Assembly (NCBI RefSeq): GCF_964213995.1
Contig: NC_135808.1
Location: 32,364,001-32,428,000, forward strand
Length of the DNA stretch: 64,000 nucleotides
Source: Mustelus asterias
Lineage: Eukaryota
Direction of reading: 5' to 3'
In this document: positions 49,369 to 62,059 of the stretch, piece after piece
Numbering within the stretch: position 1 is the stretch's first letter
How the letters are laid out: every line of letters begins with the position of its first letter
Made by a program: the position numbers and the translations under genes
Notes under the pieces: generated by a model
The model's input: the letters and a program-made list of their open reading frames with translations, nothing else
Told to the model about the DNA's origin: nothing
Database searches by the model: none

Positions 49369-50447
49369 AGAGGACTGAAATCAGTGCCCCTCCCAATCAC
49401 CACCCCTCCCACTTGCAGCATGTTTGGAGGCGGGCTGGCATCTCATTGGGCGGGGGGTTGCCAAGTTTGGAGCCCGTCTCCTTACGGTCTCCGAGCTGAT
49501 TAAATCCAGGGCAGGGAAGCTCGAGAACAGCGTTCCTGTCCGGACGTAAACTGGCCATTATGTGGTCCATTAATACCCACTGAAGGGGCAGAGGCTGCCC
49601 GGGGGATTAATCCAGTGCTGGGCAGGGAAGATCCCACACAGGAAACCCTTGTTGAGTTGACTTGTGTCACCCAGGGGTGTGGGTGTGAGGGGTGGGGTGA
49701 CGAGAATATTGCATGTTCAAATGCATTTGGGGGCTCTTACCAAAAATATTCTAATTGCCGAACGAACGTGAAAACGGGAGAACATCGTGCCGATATTTTG
49801 GGTGAGTTAAAAATCCAATCTTGCCTTACTCTGAGCAAAAAGTGAAGCAAGACCTGTTTCCTGCCAGCAGGGAGAGGGGGCGGGGCCTCAGCTCACACAA
49901 AAGCCGTCAGCTCACAGCAGAGGGCGATATCACGCATGAGCAGACCTCAATAGCAACAGCATAGAGAGATCTGTCACTGCCTCCCCGCCGGCCCCCCGCT
50001 TTCACTGGCCTCCGCAGCAGATCTCTACTCCCCACGCCCTTCTGCCACCCCCCCCTCCCCCCCCCCCCCCCCCCACCCCCGTGACTTCTAGTGGGGCTTC
50101 AAGGTCCTCTGGTCCCACTGGCGAAGCCATCATGACCGTCATGGCCATACATGAACCTTGCCGGTGAGGACATTCGCCGGCGAGTCTACAGCAGCAAGTG
50201 AGCCCGGATGATTCTGTCCCGGGCTCAATAATAGTATTTTAAAATTAATAATATTTAAATTCTACTTCAGGGTGCAAGGATGATCTCACCCGGTATCCGG
50301 GCCAGTAAGATTGCGACAGGCAGGAAATCAGGTGCAAAGCCGATTTTTCACCTATCTCGGGATCTACAGGCTCGCTCTACTGATCGACTGGCGGGACGAG
50401 GAGGTAAGACCGCTCCCTGTGTGTGATCGTGGGATATGCCTTATCCA

Positions 50448-50735
50448 ATAGAATGGCGACAGTGCAGAAGGAGGCCATTCGGCCCATCGATTCAACACTG
50501 ATTCTCCAAAACAGCACTCCATGTAGGCTCGCTACCTCGCCCTATCCACATAATCCTGCGCATTTAGCATGGCCAATCCACCTAACCTACACATTTGGAC
50601 TGTGGGAGGAAAGCGGAGCACCCAGAGAAAACCCACACAGACACAGGGAGAATGTGCAGACTCCACATAGACAGTCACCCAATTGAACCCAGGCCCCTGG
50701 CGCTGTGAGGCAGCAAAGCTAACCACTGTGCCATC
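50448..50735 (-). mobile_element. HE1-type SINE
   Basis: Same consensus as the other copies. Confidence 0.8.
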
Positions 50736-52265
50736 CGCGGCTCAGGGAGGGGTAAACGTCAGTGGAGGTCACTCCCCTTCCCTTGCCTCTGACCTCCTCT
50801 TCCCCCTCCTTGTCCTGTGAACCCCCCCCCCCCCTTTCCAATAACCCCCCCATCCCACCCTCACTCACATTTTCCCGGGTAGTTTCAGTGATCCTGGGCC
50901 TTTGCTGAGTTCATAACTGCAATGTCACCAGTTGTTCCTCATGGCACTGCCTGAAATGGGGAACGATCAGGCTCGGACTAGCTGTCACCTCTCAGGACAC
51001 ACGCACGCACACACACACACATATTCAGTAGTGTTAATATCTGTGGATCATTCTCACATTCTCCATCCATGAGTGACTGTCTCTGTCCTTGATAATCTCC
51101 ACTCCTTTATCTCAGGGAGAGATTTCTGACATTGTCCTTTCACACTGAGTCCTGGATTCACATTGTCTATTGTGTAATAGTGGAGAAGGCCAATCTCAGC
51201 CCCATATATATCAATATACATTGAGACACAGCAAGAAAACAGCAATGAGCCAACACTGAGTTTCCCCAACAATGAGCCAGCCCTTTCCTGGATCATCTCA
51301 ACCCTCTCACCATATTCTCAACTTCTTCATTCACAAACCCATCTCCTCATCTTCATCAATGTCAACACAACTTTGTCCAGATCTCAATCAGAATAGGGAG
51401 AAGGAACAGAATCACCCTCCGAGTCTCCCCCCGAGTTATGGGGAGATAATTTACAGCCCCATCCTCTGCCTGCCTCCCAGCCCACCCCTGGGCCTTCCCC
51501 CATTTTACTGTGGACAGATAAAGCTGCCTGCCCACCCTGAGACCTGTTGAGGGGCTGAAGTGACCAATTAATGACCAGTCAAGGGTATTGATCCATCTTC
51601 TCTGCAGTAACACAAGTAGCTGGGGAAGACGGAACCAAGGTGGACAACCTGCTCATTTTACAACTCGGGCTGAAAGGTGGGAAGGGAAGATAAATACCTC
51701 CTTTTGGAGAGGGGTTCTCCTGTTTCCACTGGGGGTTAAACTCCCCAAGGACATATGCCCCATTCGTGCCTCCCATATTCCTGGTCGACAAAACCCTACC
51801 CACCCCTCCTTCCTCTGCCCCCCCACCTACCCAAAGGTTCCCCAATGGTTCCCTGAGCAGAATCCCCAGGCTAATCTGTAATTGCGGTATCCATGGTCAT
51901 TCCATTCTGGATTGGTGTGCTGCCAGCTCTTCCACCTGGTGTTGCTGCCATTGCTCAGCTGCCAGCCAATCAGATTGGCATGTAGCTCTCGAGTGTGGGA
52001 CCTCTGTTCACTGAGGGGCGGGTATCCCATGACGAGCCTGACCAGAGTACTGTCGCTGTGGGACAGTCCTTCTCAAATTGGCAGACACAAGACAGACTTT
52101 TCTTTTGAAGGGAGCTGAGGGTGGGGGAGTTGCAGCTGAACATCCTTGTAAAATACACCCCATCCTCTCCCACACACTCGACGACCTGTACTCACAGTCT
52201 GCAGTATAGCTCTGGCTGGGGACCTGTCACACACTCAGTGGCAGATTGGACATGGCTGATCTTAC

Positions 52266-52526
52266 CATGTGTCTGGTTTGGGTTCTTCATTATCAGATTC
52301 AGATTCTCCTTCGCCATATCAGAATGTGAGTTTGCAAAACTGCTGAGCCTTTTCCAGAATTCGGCATTGATAGATTCTGCCATGAACTGCTGCCTGGGGA
52401 TGCACTGTCGAATATTACTGTCATGATAATTAATCTGAACTCCATTGACTGTGGCAACTTTAGTAACCTCGGGAAAATCTGTAACTCCAGAAATTGCTGT
52501 GTATATCGCAGTCATTGAGTTGATCT
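52266..52526 (-). pseudogene. Gene B alpha1 exon (open frame)
   Basis: 261 nt, AG/GT bounded; EINSMTAIYTAISG..FPEV..YHDS..PRQQFM..EFW..NQT. Confidence 0.9.
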
Positions 52527-53671
52527 CTGTAAAGTAACCAATTAAAGAGGTGTGTTACCATCCACAAAGGAAAGATAACTCTTTAAAAATCAGATGTCTT
52601 TTCCCAAATGTCCCATTGGAAAGTAATTGTTGAACAAGATTTCACTTTTTAAATCTTTTACTGTAACATCAAACAAAATCACCATAGTTTATACATAATA
52701 CAAAAATTATACTTCAACCACCTTGGTAAATCTCACTTTAAACCAATTCCACAACCACTTCTGGCACATGTGAAGCATCAAGGGCATTCCCAAAGTTTCC
52801 CCTAATTCTCCAGCTTGGTTTCCCATCAAAGACAAGGTGGAGCTGGAGTGTGGTGACTTCTTGCAAGCTGTCCCCAGGATACCCTCTAATTCCATCTTTT
52901 ACTCTTGTTCTATTCTTCACTATATTTTGCACCCTCTCCTTTTCTCCTCCTCTATGTACTCTGTGAACGGTATGCTTTGTCTGTATAGTATGCAGGAAAC
53001 AATACCTTTCACTGTTTCCCAATACATGTGACAATAACAAATCAAATCAAAAGACTCTTCCTCACATGGGTTGAATCTTCTCAGGGCCTCCTCTGCCAAC
53101 TGTTCCACTCAGTCGATGCTTTGTTTATATAATTATTGTGACCAAGGCTTCAATGAAGATTGCCTCTCCCTGGTCACCTGGGTCCTGACAGTAAAGATAC
53201 CCAGAGACTCCTTTGTCCAACCCTTGATTAAACCTGATTAAACTGTCTACTTGGCTGTGGGAAAATGGCCCTATGCAGAGAGGTTTGCTTCTCCTGCTGT
53301 GAACCAGTGATTTTTCAGAGATCTTCCAGCATTTCTTCACCAGGATATCTGAGTCTGTGTTCTGTAACTGTGTCCCACTGCAACACAACACCAGCGCTGA
53401 TATCGGTTAGTGGCCCATTTCATCCTTCTCTTCACAGCGTCTATCTCCAGAGCTGACCGCTCTGTCGGCGCTGAATAACAAATTGTCAGGAACATTTTAA
53501 CGTCTTCACCCAGAATTCAGTACCCCACTGGGTGTAAAGAGACACCCCCCACATAGAAACACAGGCTTTTTGCAAATCACAAAATTCCTCACCACAGATT
53601 AATAAACATTTACACAAATACCTCCCTTACTTCATTTACATAAACATGTATGACAGTGCAGAACACCCACA

Positions 53672-54140
53672 CAGCATTCTTTCTGGTTGTATCACAGCTT
53701 GGTATGGCTCCTGCTCTGCTCAAGACCGCAAGAAACTACAAAGGGTCGTGAATGTAGCCCTATCCATCACTCAAACCAGCCTCCCATCCATTGACTCTGT
53801 CTACACTTCCCGCTGCCTCGGCAAAGCAGCCAGCATAATTAAGGACCCCACGCATCCCGGACACTCTCTCTTCCACCTTCTTCCTTCGGGAAAAAGATAC
53901 AAAAGTCTGAGGTCACGTACCAACGGACTCAAGAGTAGCCTCTTCCCTGCTGCCGTCAGACTTTTGAATGGACCTACCTCATATTAAGTTGATCTTTCTC
54001 TCCACCCTAGCTATGACTGTAACACTACATTCTGCACTCTCTCGTTTCTTTCTCTATGAACATTATGCTTTGTCTGTATAGCGCGCAAGAAACAATACTT
54101 TTCACTGTATACTAATACATGTGACAATAATCAAATCAAA
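53672..54140 (+). mobile_element. Rex1/Babar-type LINE 3' fragment (second tail at ~52870-53050)
   Basis: SILSGCITAWYGSCSAQDRKKLQRVV..HPGHSLFHLLPSGKRY; (atcaa)n tail. Confidence 0.8.
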
Positions 54141-54832
54141 CCGGGACTATCACTAGTTCAGGATAATCCGAGGACCGGTCTGTTGTTTATCATATAACCA
54201 GGAAACGTGATGTGTTGAATTGTGGATTGAAATGAAGAGAAACAGTAATATTTGGGAGGATGAAATGTGAGACCATGGAGGGGGGTGAATAGTCACTGTA
54301 TGAACCGTCTCACTGTCAAACAGGGGGATGGACAATCCAGAGCAGGATCTCCACTGTCCTTCACTGAGCTTTTTAATCACCCCTTTATACAGACTCACTA
54401 GGATGTTGGTGGTCTGAGATAACCTGACCTATTCAACCATGAGGGCATCACAGCTGATCCCGGGGTGGGTGAAACACGGATTATCCTTCTCCTCTCCGCA
54501 GTGTTTCAAAGACTTCAGACCAGGAGTGATGAAAATGTTCTGCTTCTCCCAATCAATGTGAAAATTAAAATTGTCCATTTGAAGCATTTTCCATTTGCTC
54601 CAAGCTTCTCTGCTCTGGGTGTTTGTACATCCTGCTGTCAGGAGAGCTGAACACCAATCCCATCAGAGTCTTCCACACTGTGCTGACTTCAATGGTGTCA
54701 AATATCAGGCTGGCTGTATAACAGCGTCTGAGCAAACATCACCCATTTCAAACTCTCACCAAAAGATTCAAATTCACCCCAGAGAGAGAGAGAGAGAGAG
54801 AGTGAGAATGGAAGAGTGAATTCTGTACTTAC

Positions 54833-54884
54833 CGGGAGAGACCCAGGAAAAACACAGGGAGATGGAGAAAAGGATCAGCAACAT
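54833..54884 (-). pseudogene. Gene B leader exon
   Basis: MLLILFSISLCFSWVSP followed by G|gtaagt. Confidence 0.88.
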
Positions 54885-55064
54885 TCTGGGAATCCACTGT
54901 CCCAATTCCAATCAGTGACTGGGAATTAAACACTTGGAGGAGGAATCCACACTGTTTATTGTGATTGAAAACACAAACAAATGTTGATAAAGACTCCAGT
55001 TTCCTGCCTTCATTGAAATGTGATCAGTTCCCTGAAGTTAAGCCACACAACCAGAGGGTGTATG

Positions 55065-55263
55065 ATTGGTTAGTGTCAGAAAAAGAGCCAATGAAAGGGA
55101 AAGAATTTCTAAAGTTTATTTATTTTTCACAAGTAGGCTTACATTAATACTGCAATGAAGTTACTGTGAAAATCCCCGAGTCGCCACACTCCGGCTCCTG
55201 TTCAGGTACACTGAGGGAGAATTTAGCATGGCCAATTCACCTACCCTGTCACCAGTTATCAGG
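55065..55263 (-). promoter_or_regulatory. Gene B X1X2/Y/CCAAT module split by a SINE fragment (~55104-55243)
   Basis: X1X2 CCTGATAACTGGTGACAGG at 55245-55263, native Y at 55088-55092 and CCAAT at ~55065-55069. The insert matches the SINE tail at 58930-59050. Confidence 0.75.
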
Positions 55264-55899
55264 AAATTGTCCATTTCCGGTTCCGACACTTCCATGTTGA
55301 GCTTCCTCCCCCATCAGTAATGGACATGAAAGGGGCCTGAAAATTATGAAGAAGCCACACTGCAGACAACCATCATTTTAGCTGCTGCAGGCTTTGGGCC
55401 CAGTCAGGCCACCTGCCCCCACAATGGTACAGACTGTTAGACTAATTAAAAACCTTGTTAAACTGCAATTTTTCCAGTCAGCTTCAGGTTTCCCAATTTG
55501 AAATTGAGCAGATGAATGGTCTGGGGTGAGCACCCAGCAATTGGCCAGGGAGGACAGTCCTCCCACAGTCCCTTTCAGCTTGCCTGGCTGGAAGAGCAGC
55601 CACAGGCTGCCCTGTAGATGGACATTCCCCTCCCCTCACCACACTCCCCCTCACCCCCATAATGGTGGCCTGGCTTCTTTCCTGGTTTATTTTGATGTTT
55701 TTCTGAAGTGACTAACATGGACCTTCCTGTTGAAGCAGCTTCTCAGTTACACACCTTGTACTGCAGCTGGGTGTTTGCCGAAAGCTGGAGGAATCCGGAT
55801 TGGCTATTGGGGAGCCTGCCCACTGCTCTTAATTGTGAGGGAAATGGTTTCCAAGCCAATTGCAAATGTTCCCCCACAGAAAATCCTTAACTGTGACCT

Positions 55900-56200
55900 G
55901 TATCTGTGTGTATACACCTCTCTTTGTAGTTGTGAGTATATGTGTATATGAGCGTAGTGTGTGTATTTGTGTGTATATGAGCATGTGTGTGCTTATTTGC
56001 GCACCAGTGTGTGCGCGTGTCTGTGTGTGTACGTATGTATGTATGTGTTGGTCCCTGTGTCTGTGTGTTTGCATGTGTCTGTTTGTGTATGCATGTGTGT
56101 TCATGTGTTATGTTTACATATGTCTGTGTGTCTGTATGTGCGCACTGGTGTACATGTCCATGCTTACATGGGGGTGTATGTGCATCCTCACTCCATAACC
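55900..56200 (+). repeat. Degenerate (TG)-rich simple repeat
   Basis: Low-complexity tgtgtatg run. Confidence 0.85.
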
Positions 56201-56624
56201 CATTCAATTATCAATTAAAATTTAAATGAAAAACTTGCAAGAATTCTACAAACCCTGTAAGACTGTTAAATTATTCCATTTCTTTCCACGTTGCTTTTTT
56301 TTAGTCTCAACAGGATGTGAAAATTCCTGGCTAGGCCAGCATTTATTGCCCATCCCGAGTTGCCCTTCACAGTGCTGTTAGAGTGGGAGTTCCAGGGTTT
56401 GACCCAGTGACGGTGAAGGAACAGTTGATATATTTCCAAGTTAAGGTGGTGTGTGGCTTGGAGCGGAACCTCCAGGCAGTGTGTGTTCCCAAGTATCTGC
56501 TGTCCTTGTCCTTCAAGATGCTAGTGGGTTTAAAAGGTGCTGCCCAAGGAGCCTTGGTGAGTTCCTGCAGTGAAACTTGTAGATGGTTCACACGGCTGCC
56601 ACTGTGCATCAGTGGCGAAGGGCT

Positions 56625-56948
56625 TGAATCATAGAATCCTCCAGTGCAGAAGGAGGCCATTCAGCCCATCGAGTCTGCACCGACCACAATCCCACACAGG
56701 CCCCATCCCCATTAACTCATGCATTTCGCCGTGCTAATCCCCATGACACAAAGGGGTAATTTAGCCTGGCCAGTCCAGCTCACCCGCACATCTTTGGACC
56801 ATGGGAGGAAATCGGAGCACCCGGAGGAAACACACGCTGACACGGGGAGAATGTGCAAACTTCACACAGAGTGACCCAAGACGGGAATCAAACCTGGGTC
56901 CCTGGTGCTGTGAGGCCGCAGTGCTAACACTGTGCCACCATGCCACCC
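56625..56948 (-). mobile_element. HE1-type SINE
   Basis: Full head-to-tail match to the other copies. Confidence 0.8.
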
Positions 56949-57059
56949 CTTGTGGAATGGGTAGCAACGAAGCGGGCTGCTTTATCCTGAACAGTGTCTG
57001 TTGAGTTTCTTGAGTGTTTTTAGAGCTGCACTCATCTAGGCAAGTGGAGAGAATTCCAT

Positions 57060-58470
57060 TCCATAGAAACATACAAAACAGAAGCAGGAGTAGGTTATTC
57101 GACCCTTCGAGACTTTTCACCATTCATTATGATCATGGCTGATCATCAAATTCAATATCATGATCCCCTTTCCCCCATAACCCTTGATCCCAAAAGGCCC
57201 AAGAGCTACTCTAATTTAATCTTGAAGTCAGACAATGTTTTGGCCTCACCTACTTTCTGTGATAGTGAATTCCACACATTCACCACTCTCTGGGTGAAGA
57301 AATTTCTCCTCACCTCAGTTCTTATCCTCAAACTGTGATCCCTACTTCTGGACTCCCCCACCATTTGGAACATTCTTTCTGAATCTACCCTCTCTAATCC
57401 TGTGAGAATTTGATAAGTTTCAATGAGATCCCCTCTCACTTTTCGAAACTCCAATGAATACAATCCTCACACTCCTGACTTGTGCCATGTAGATGGTGGA
57501 CAGGTTTTGGGGAGTCAGGAGGTGGTTACCCACTGCAGGATTCCTAACCTCTGACCTGCTCTTGTAACTACAGTATTTATTGGCTAATCCAGCTTTGTTT
57601 CTGGTCAATGGTAGGCCCCAGGATGTTGCTAATGGGGGATTCAGTCATGGTAATGCCATTGAATGTCAAGGGACGATGGTTAGATTCTCTCTCGTTGGAG
57701 ATGGTTGTTACCTGGCACATGTGTGGCACAAATATTATTTGCCACTTGTTAGTCCAAGCCTGGATATTGTCCAGGTCTGGCTGCATTTGAACATGGACTG
57801 CTTCAATATCTGAGGAGTCATAATGCAGCTGAACATTGTGCAATCATCAGCGAACATCCCCACTTCTGACATTATCATAGAAGGCAGGTCATTGATGAAG
57901 GAGCTGAAGATGGTTGGGACTGGGACACTCCCCTGAGAAACTCCTGCAGTGATGCCCAGAGACTGAGATGATTGACCTCCAATCAGACAACCACCATTTT
58001 TTGTGCTAGTCATGATTCCAACCAGTGGAGTATTTTCCCCCGATACCCATTGTCTCCGGTTTTACTCGGGCTCCTTGGTGCCATACTCGGTCAAATGCGG
58101 CCTTGATGTCAAGGACTATCAGTCTCACCTCACCTCTGGAACTCAGCTCTTTTGTCCATGTTTGAACCAGGACTGTAATGAGGTCAGGAGCTGAGTGACC
58201 CTGGTGAAACCCAAACTGGGTGTCACTGAGCAGGTTATTGCTGAGTAAGTGCCGCTTGATGGCACTGTTGATGACCCCTTCATCACTTTGCTGATGATTG
58301 ACAATAGACTGATTGGGCTGTAATTGGCTGGGTGAAATTTGTCCTGTTTCTCGTGTACAGCACATACCTGGGCAATTTTATACATTGCCCGTGTTCCAGC
58401 TGTACTGGAACAGCTTGGCTCGGGGAGCAGCAAGTTCTGGAGCACAAGTCTTCAACACTATTGCCGGGAT
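57060..58470 (-). mobile_element. LINE fragments (CR1 3' end plus an older LINE RT)
   Basis: RNFFTQRVVNVWN; QFGFHQGHS, LDIKAAFDRVWH, MFADDC. Confidence 0.8.
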
Positions 58471-58909
58471 ATTGTCCTTCCACCCCAACACACTCCCTTT
58501 ATCAGCTTCTCCACACTTCTCATTACTGAGAAGCTGGTGAGCCTTCACCTCCAGCTCACTGGGAAATGTGTTGAAGTTTGATTCACTAAAGTTAGGACAC
58601 GGCTTCCTCTCCTCTGTCTCTCGCACTGACATCTTCTTTTCTGTTAACAAGTCAATCAATGCTGATGGAAAACAGTGAATGATGACATTTGGTCTGAACT
58701 CAGCCAGTTCACATTGGATTGAACCTCAACAACTGCCCATTCCAATCGTCACAAGCTGCTGAGCGATTGAATTCAACCTTTCCTGCGAAATCAGTGAAGA
58801 AGAATTCAGGCAAGTCAAACACTGACAATTATTTATTTATTACAAACCGCAGTTATCAGGATCACAGTGAAACACTGATTAAAGACTTTTCTCCATCAAT
58901 AAATTATAG

Positions 58910-59582
58910 CTTAAAGTTTATTCATTAGGGTCACAAGGAGGCTTACATTAACACTGCAATGAAGTTACTGTGAAAATCCCCCAGTCGCCACACTCCAGCA
59001 TCTGTTCCTTTACACCGAGGGAGAATTTAGCATGGCCAATGCACCTAACCAGCACGTCTTTCGGACTGTGGGAGGAAACCGGAGCACCCGGAGTCATCGA
59101 GTCAGAGAGGTTCACAGCATGGAAACAGGCCCTTCAGCCCAACTTGTCCACGCACCCAGTTTTTACCATTAAGTTAGTTTAGCCCACCGCCCTTTATACC
59201 AATCTTACCCTTGTAACGTCCAAATGCTTTTTAAAAGACAAAATTGTACCTGCCTCTGCTACTTCTGGCAGCTGGTTCCAGCCACTCACCACCCTCTGTG
59301 TGAAAACATTGCTTCTCTCAACCCTTTTGTATCTTTCCCCTCTCACCTTAAACTTTTGCCCTCTAGTTTTAGACTCCCTTACTTTTACGAAAAGGTGTTG
59401 ACTATCTACCTTATCTATGCCCCTCATTATTTTGTAGACCTCGATAAGATCACCCCGAAGCCTCCTACGCTCCAGTGAAAAAAGTCCTAGTCTATCTCGC
59501 CTCTCCTTGTCACTCAAACCATCAAATCCCAGTAAGTCCTATGGTCACACAGTAGTTAGCATTGGTGCCTCACAGCGCCAGG
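58910..59582 (-). mobile_element. SINE interrupted by a CR1 3' fragment (~59095-59535)
   Basis: SINE body and head flank the CR1 RRRLRGDLIEVYK fragment. Confidence 0.75.
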
Positions 59583-60337
59583 CAAAAGTGCATTTTTGAA
59601 CACATCAAACATCTGTATAAGAGCAAAATGTACCGGTGTCTATCAATATAAAATCTGACATTCTGCAGTGTCTCATTACACTCAGAATTACAATATATAT
59701 TAACAATATAAATTTCTTAGCAATCATTCACACTGAGAGATTTGACATGTTTTTCAGCCACTCTCTGTAGCTATGATGGGAGGGTCTGAGTCAGAGGTCT
59801 TTCCCCATGGAGTGTCTCCAGTAGCTGCCCCAAGCTGTGTTGTGTCCCTCACCAGTATTCCTGGACCTTGCAATGCGACAATCTGAAATCCTCAGTCATG
59901 GAGAACCCTTTGCCCTGGAAGAGTTGAGAGTTTCAGGCTGATTTTCACTGAGTTGATGGTCCTCCAGCAGGAGACGGTGTTTATCTCAGTGTGTGCTCCT
60001 GGGAACAGCCTGTACAGCGCAGAGTCCCTGTATAAAGGAGCTGCCGGGATGGACACTCTGTGACTGTGTGGGAATTCAGCAGATCAACTTTCACTTTCCT
60101 TCATCTCACCCAACTTATAAAGTGAAGTGGAAAACTGTCCAGCACCAGAAAGGTGTTTCCAACATCCTGATTGTCTTCTCCATTACCGGACGTATCACAG
60201 AGTCTTTTATACTGAGTCCAAAAAGTCTTGATCAAAATCCGCGAACATTTAAAGACATTTAAAACTCTGAGCAATCAGAAAGTGAGAAAAGTGCACAAAA
60301 TGTGAATGTATTTCATTCCCAACAATCTGTCCCTCAG

Positions 60338-60378
60338 TCACTGACTGGGAGCTGTTGTGTACGTCCCACTTGGTGAAT
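60338..60378 (-). CDS. MHC class I gene C cytoplasmic exon
   Basis: DSPSGTYTTAPSQ*, with the same acceptor as gene A. Confidence 0.75.
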
Positions 60379-60784
60379 CTGCAGAAGTAAAATAAATGTC
60401 AGTTAGAATGGGGAATAATCCATTCTCAGAGAGTGAGAACACAACAAGTGTGAGGGAATGGAGATTGTGTGAGAAATACTCATTCTCACACTCCCCTCCA
60501 TCCTTACACTTTATGGAGATCCTGTAGATCTCTTCCATTCCATCCATATTCAGTAGGTGAGGATGTGAGTGTGTACGGTGGCTTTAATGATCAATATTAC
60601 ACCTGGTCTGGGCTGATCACACAAAGGAAGATCAGACAGGGAACAAGATGTGTTTATACGTGTGTATCTGTGTGTGGGAATTAAATCAGTTCATTCAACA
60701 CAGTGTCCTGTACTCCCAGTACTGGAGATTCCCCACACTCACTCTGTCCCCTCAGTTCTACATTCCCCTCTCTCTGATTCTTAC

Positions 60785-60895
60785 CTCTCCATTGGCTTTT
60801 CCAGATGATTATTCCGAATATAACAGCCAGTGCTGGGATCACTGATCCAATTATAATTCCAAGATGGGAGAGTCCCCCACTGTTTCCCGGGATTT
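60785..60895 (-). CDS. MHC class I gene C TM exon
   Basis: EIPGNSGGLSHLGIIIGSVIPALAVIFGIIIWKSQWR; AG/GT bounded; 9 nt shorter than in gene A. Confidence 0.9.
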
Positions 60896-61245
60896 CTGAA
60901 ACACATTTGAATAATATGAGCATTGTCTCTCTGTTCCCGGATCCATTCCCTGTTCTGTGTTCATCGGGGACAATTTGAACTGAAGCCGCCCCAGTCCAAA
61001 TGGGATTGGTTGAAGCTTTGCTTTGACACTGGCCCCATGGTGGATAAGGGAGTGTCGATGGACCTGCTCCAGATGGACTTCCAGAAGGTCATTGATCACG
61101 TTCCACACAAGAGATTCTTGACAATAATCAGAGTGTTTGGAATTGAAGGGAATCTTTGCCATGGGGTGAAAATTGATTCTCAGGGGGGTGACAGGGAATG
61201 GGGAGAATGGGAATGTGCTCGCAGATATCCAGTACAGTTCCTTAC

Positions 61246-61524
61246 CCCACTGATGGAGCTTGGGCTCTGCCAGGCTGCTGTGTTCAATTCGACAGGAGTA
61301 TTGATCCTCATCCCCAGTATTTATTTCAATCTCTTTCTGGATCTGATGGGTCCCATCGTGGTTCGGTCGAATCCCCGAGGATAGTGTCTCAGACATTACC
61401 TCTCCATTCCTTAGCCAGTTCACCTCGATGTCTACAGGATAAAAGCCAGTAACCAGGCAGGAGAGAGTGAGCGACTTGTACTGACTATTGGGTTCACTTC
61501 TGGAGATGAAGACTTCAGGCTGAA
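61246..61524 (-). CDS. MHC class I gene C alpha3 exon
   Basis: 279 nt; C1-set motifs. Confidence 0.95.
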
Positions 61525-61641
61525 CTGTAATGGGAAAGGGTGAAAACACAAACAATAAACCCACACTGAATGGAATGGGAGAACGGTTTGATAGATCAGT
61601 GAAGTTAGATCAGAACATGGGCTCAAAACTGAAATCAATAC

Positions 61642-61917
61642 CTTTCCGTCCAAAATATTCTTCTCCAGCTTCCAAATATTTATTTAAATGTTGAACAAAT
61701 ACTTCCTGCAGATAATTTTCCCAGTAATTATTCCAGGATTGATCAGAGTTCCATTTCTCTTTAGTCTTCACTGCGAAGTTATTGTACGCGACCCATCTCA
61801 TTCTGTCTGGCTCTAAACTAATATAGTCCTTTCCATCAAATCCATACCGCATCCGTCTCTTAATGGAGCCGTCTTCAGTGACCTCAACAGACCGAATCCA
61901 TTGAAGAACGTGAATTC
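61642..61917 (-). CDS. MHC class I gene C alpha2 exon (no cysteines)
   Basis: 276 nt; GIHVLQW..YGFDGKDYI..TKEKW..YLQEVFVQHLNKYL. Confidence 0.95.
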
Positions 61918-62059
61918 CTGTAAGAACCAAACAGGGATCAATAATCAATAGACAATCTTTTCAGTGGTGAAAGGGGGTTTAGTCTGAGATAGAAATGGAC
62001 GGAATCTTCCTGTGCCATCAGTAGCAGGAAGCTGAGCGGTGAGGTTACTAAATTAGATA

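Larger units (their letters stand above)
42655..54884 (-). pseudogene. MHC class I gene B (pseudogene or truncated form)
   Basis: Exons: leader 54833-54884, alpha1 52266-52526, alpha2 44265-44540 (TGA at 44293-44295), alpha3 43869-44147, deleted TM exon starting 43126, cytoplasmic 42655-42695. Confidence 0.85.

Noticed and set aside
48339-49503. His/Thr-rich ORFs
   Set aside because: Translation of a (CA)n compound repeat.
60851-61564. Single 237-aa ORF as one exon
   Set aside because: Alpha3 exon reading through intron 4. A canonical donor at 61245 matches genes A and B.
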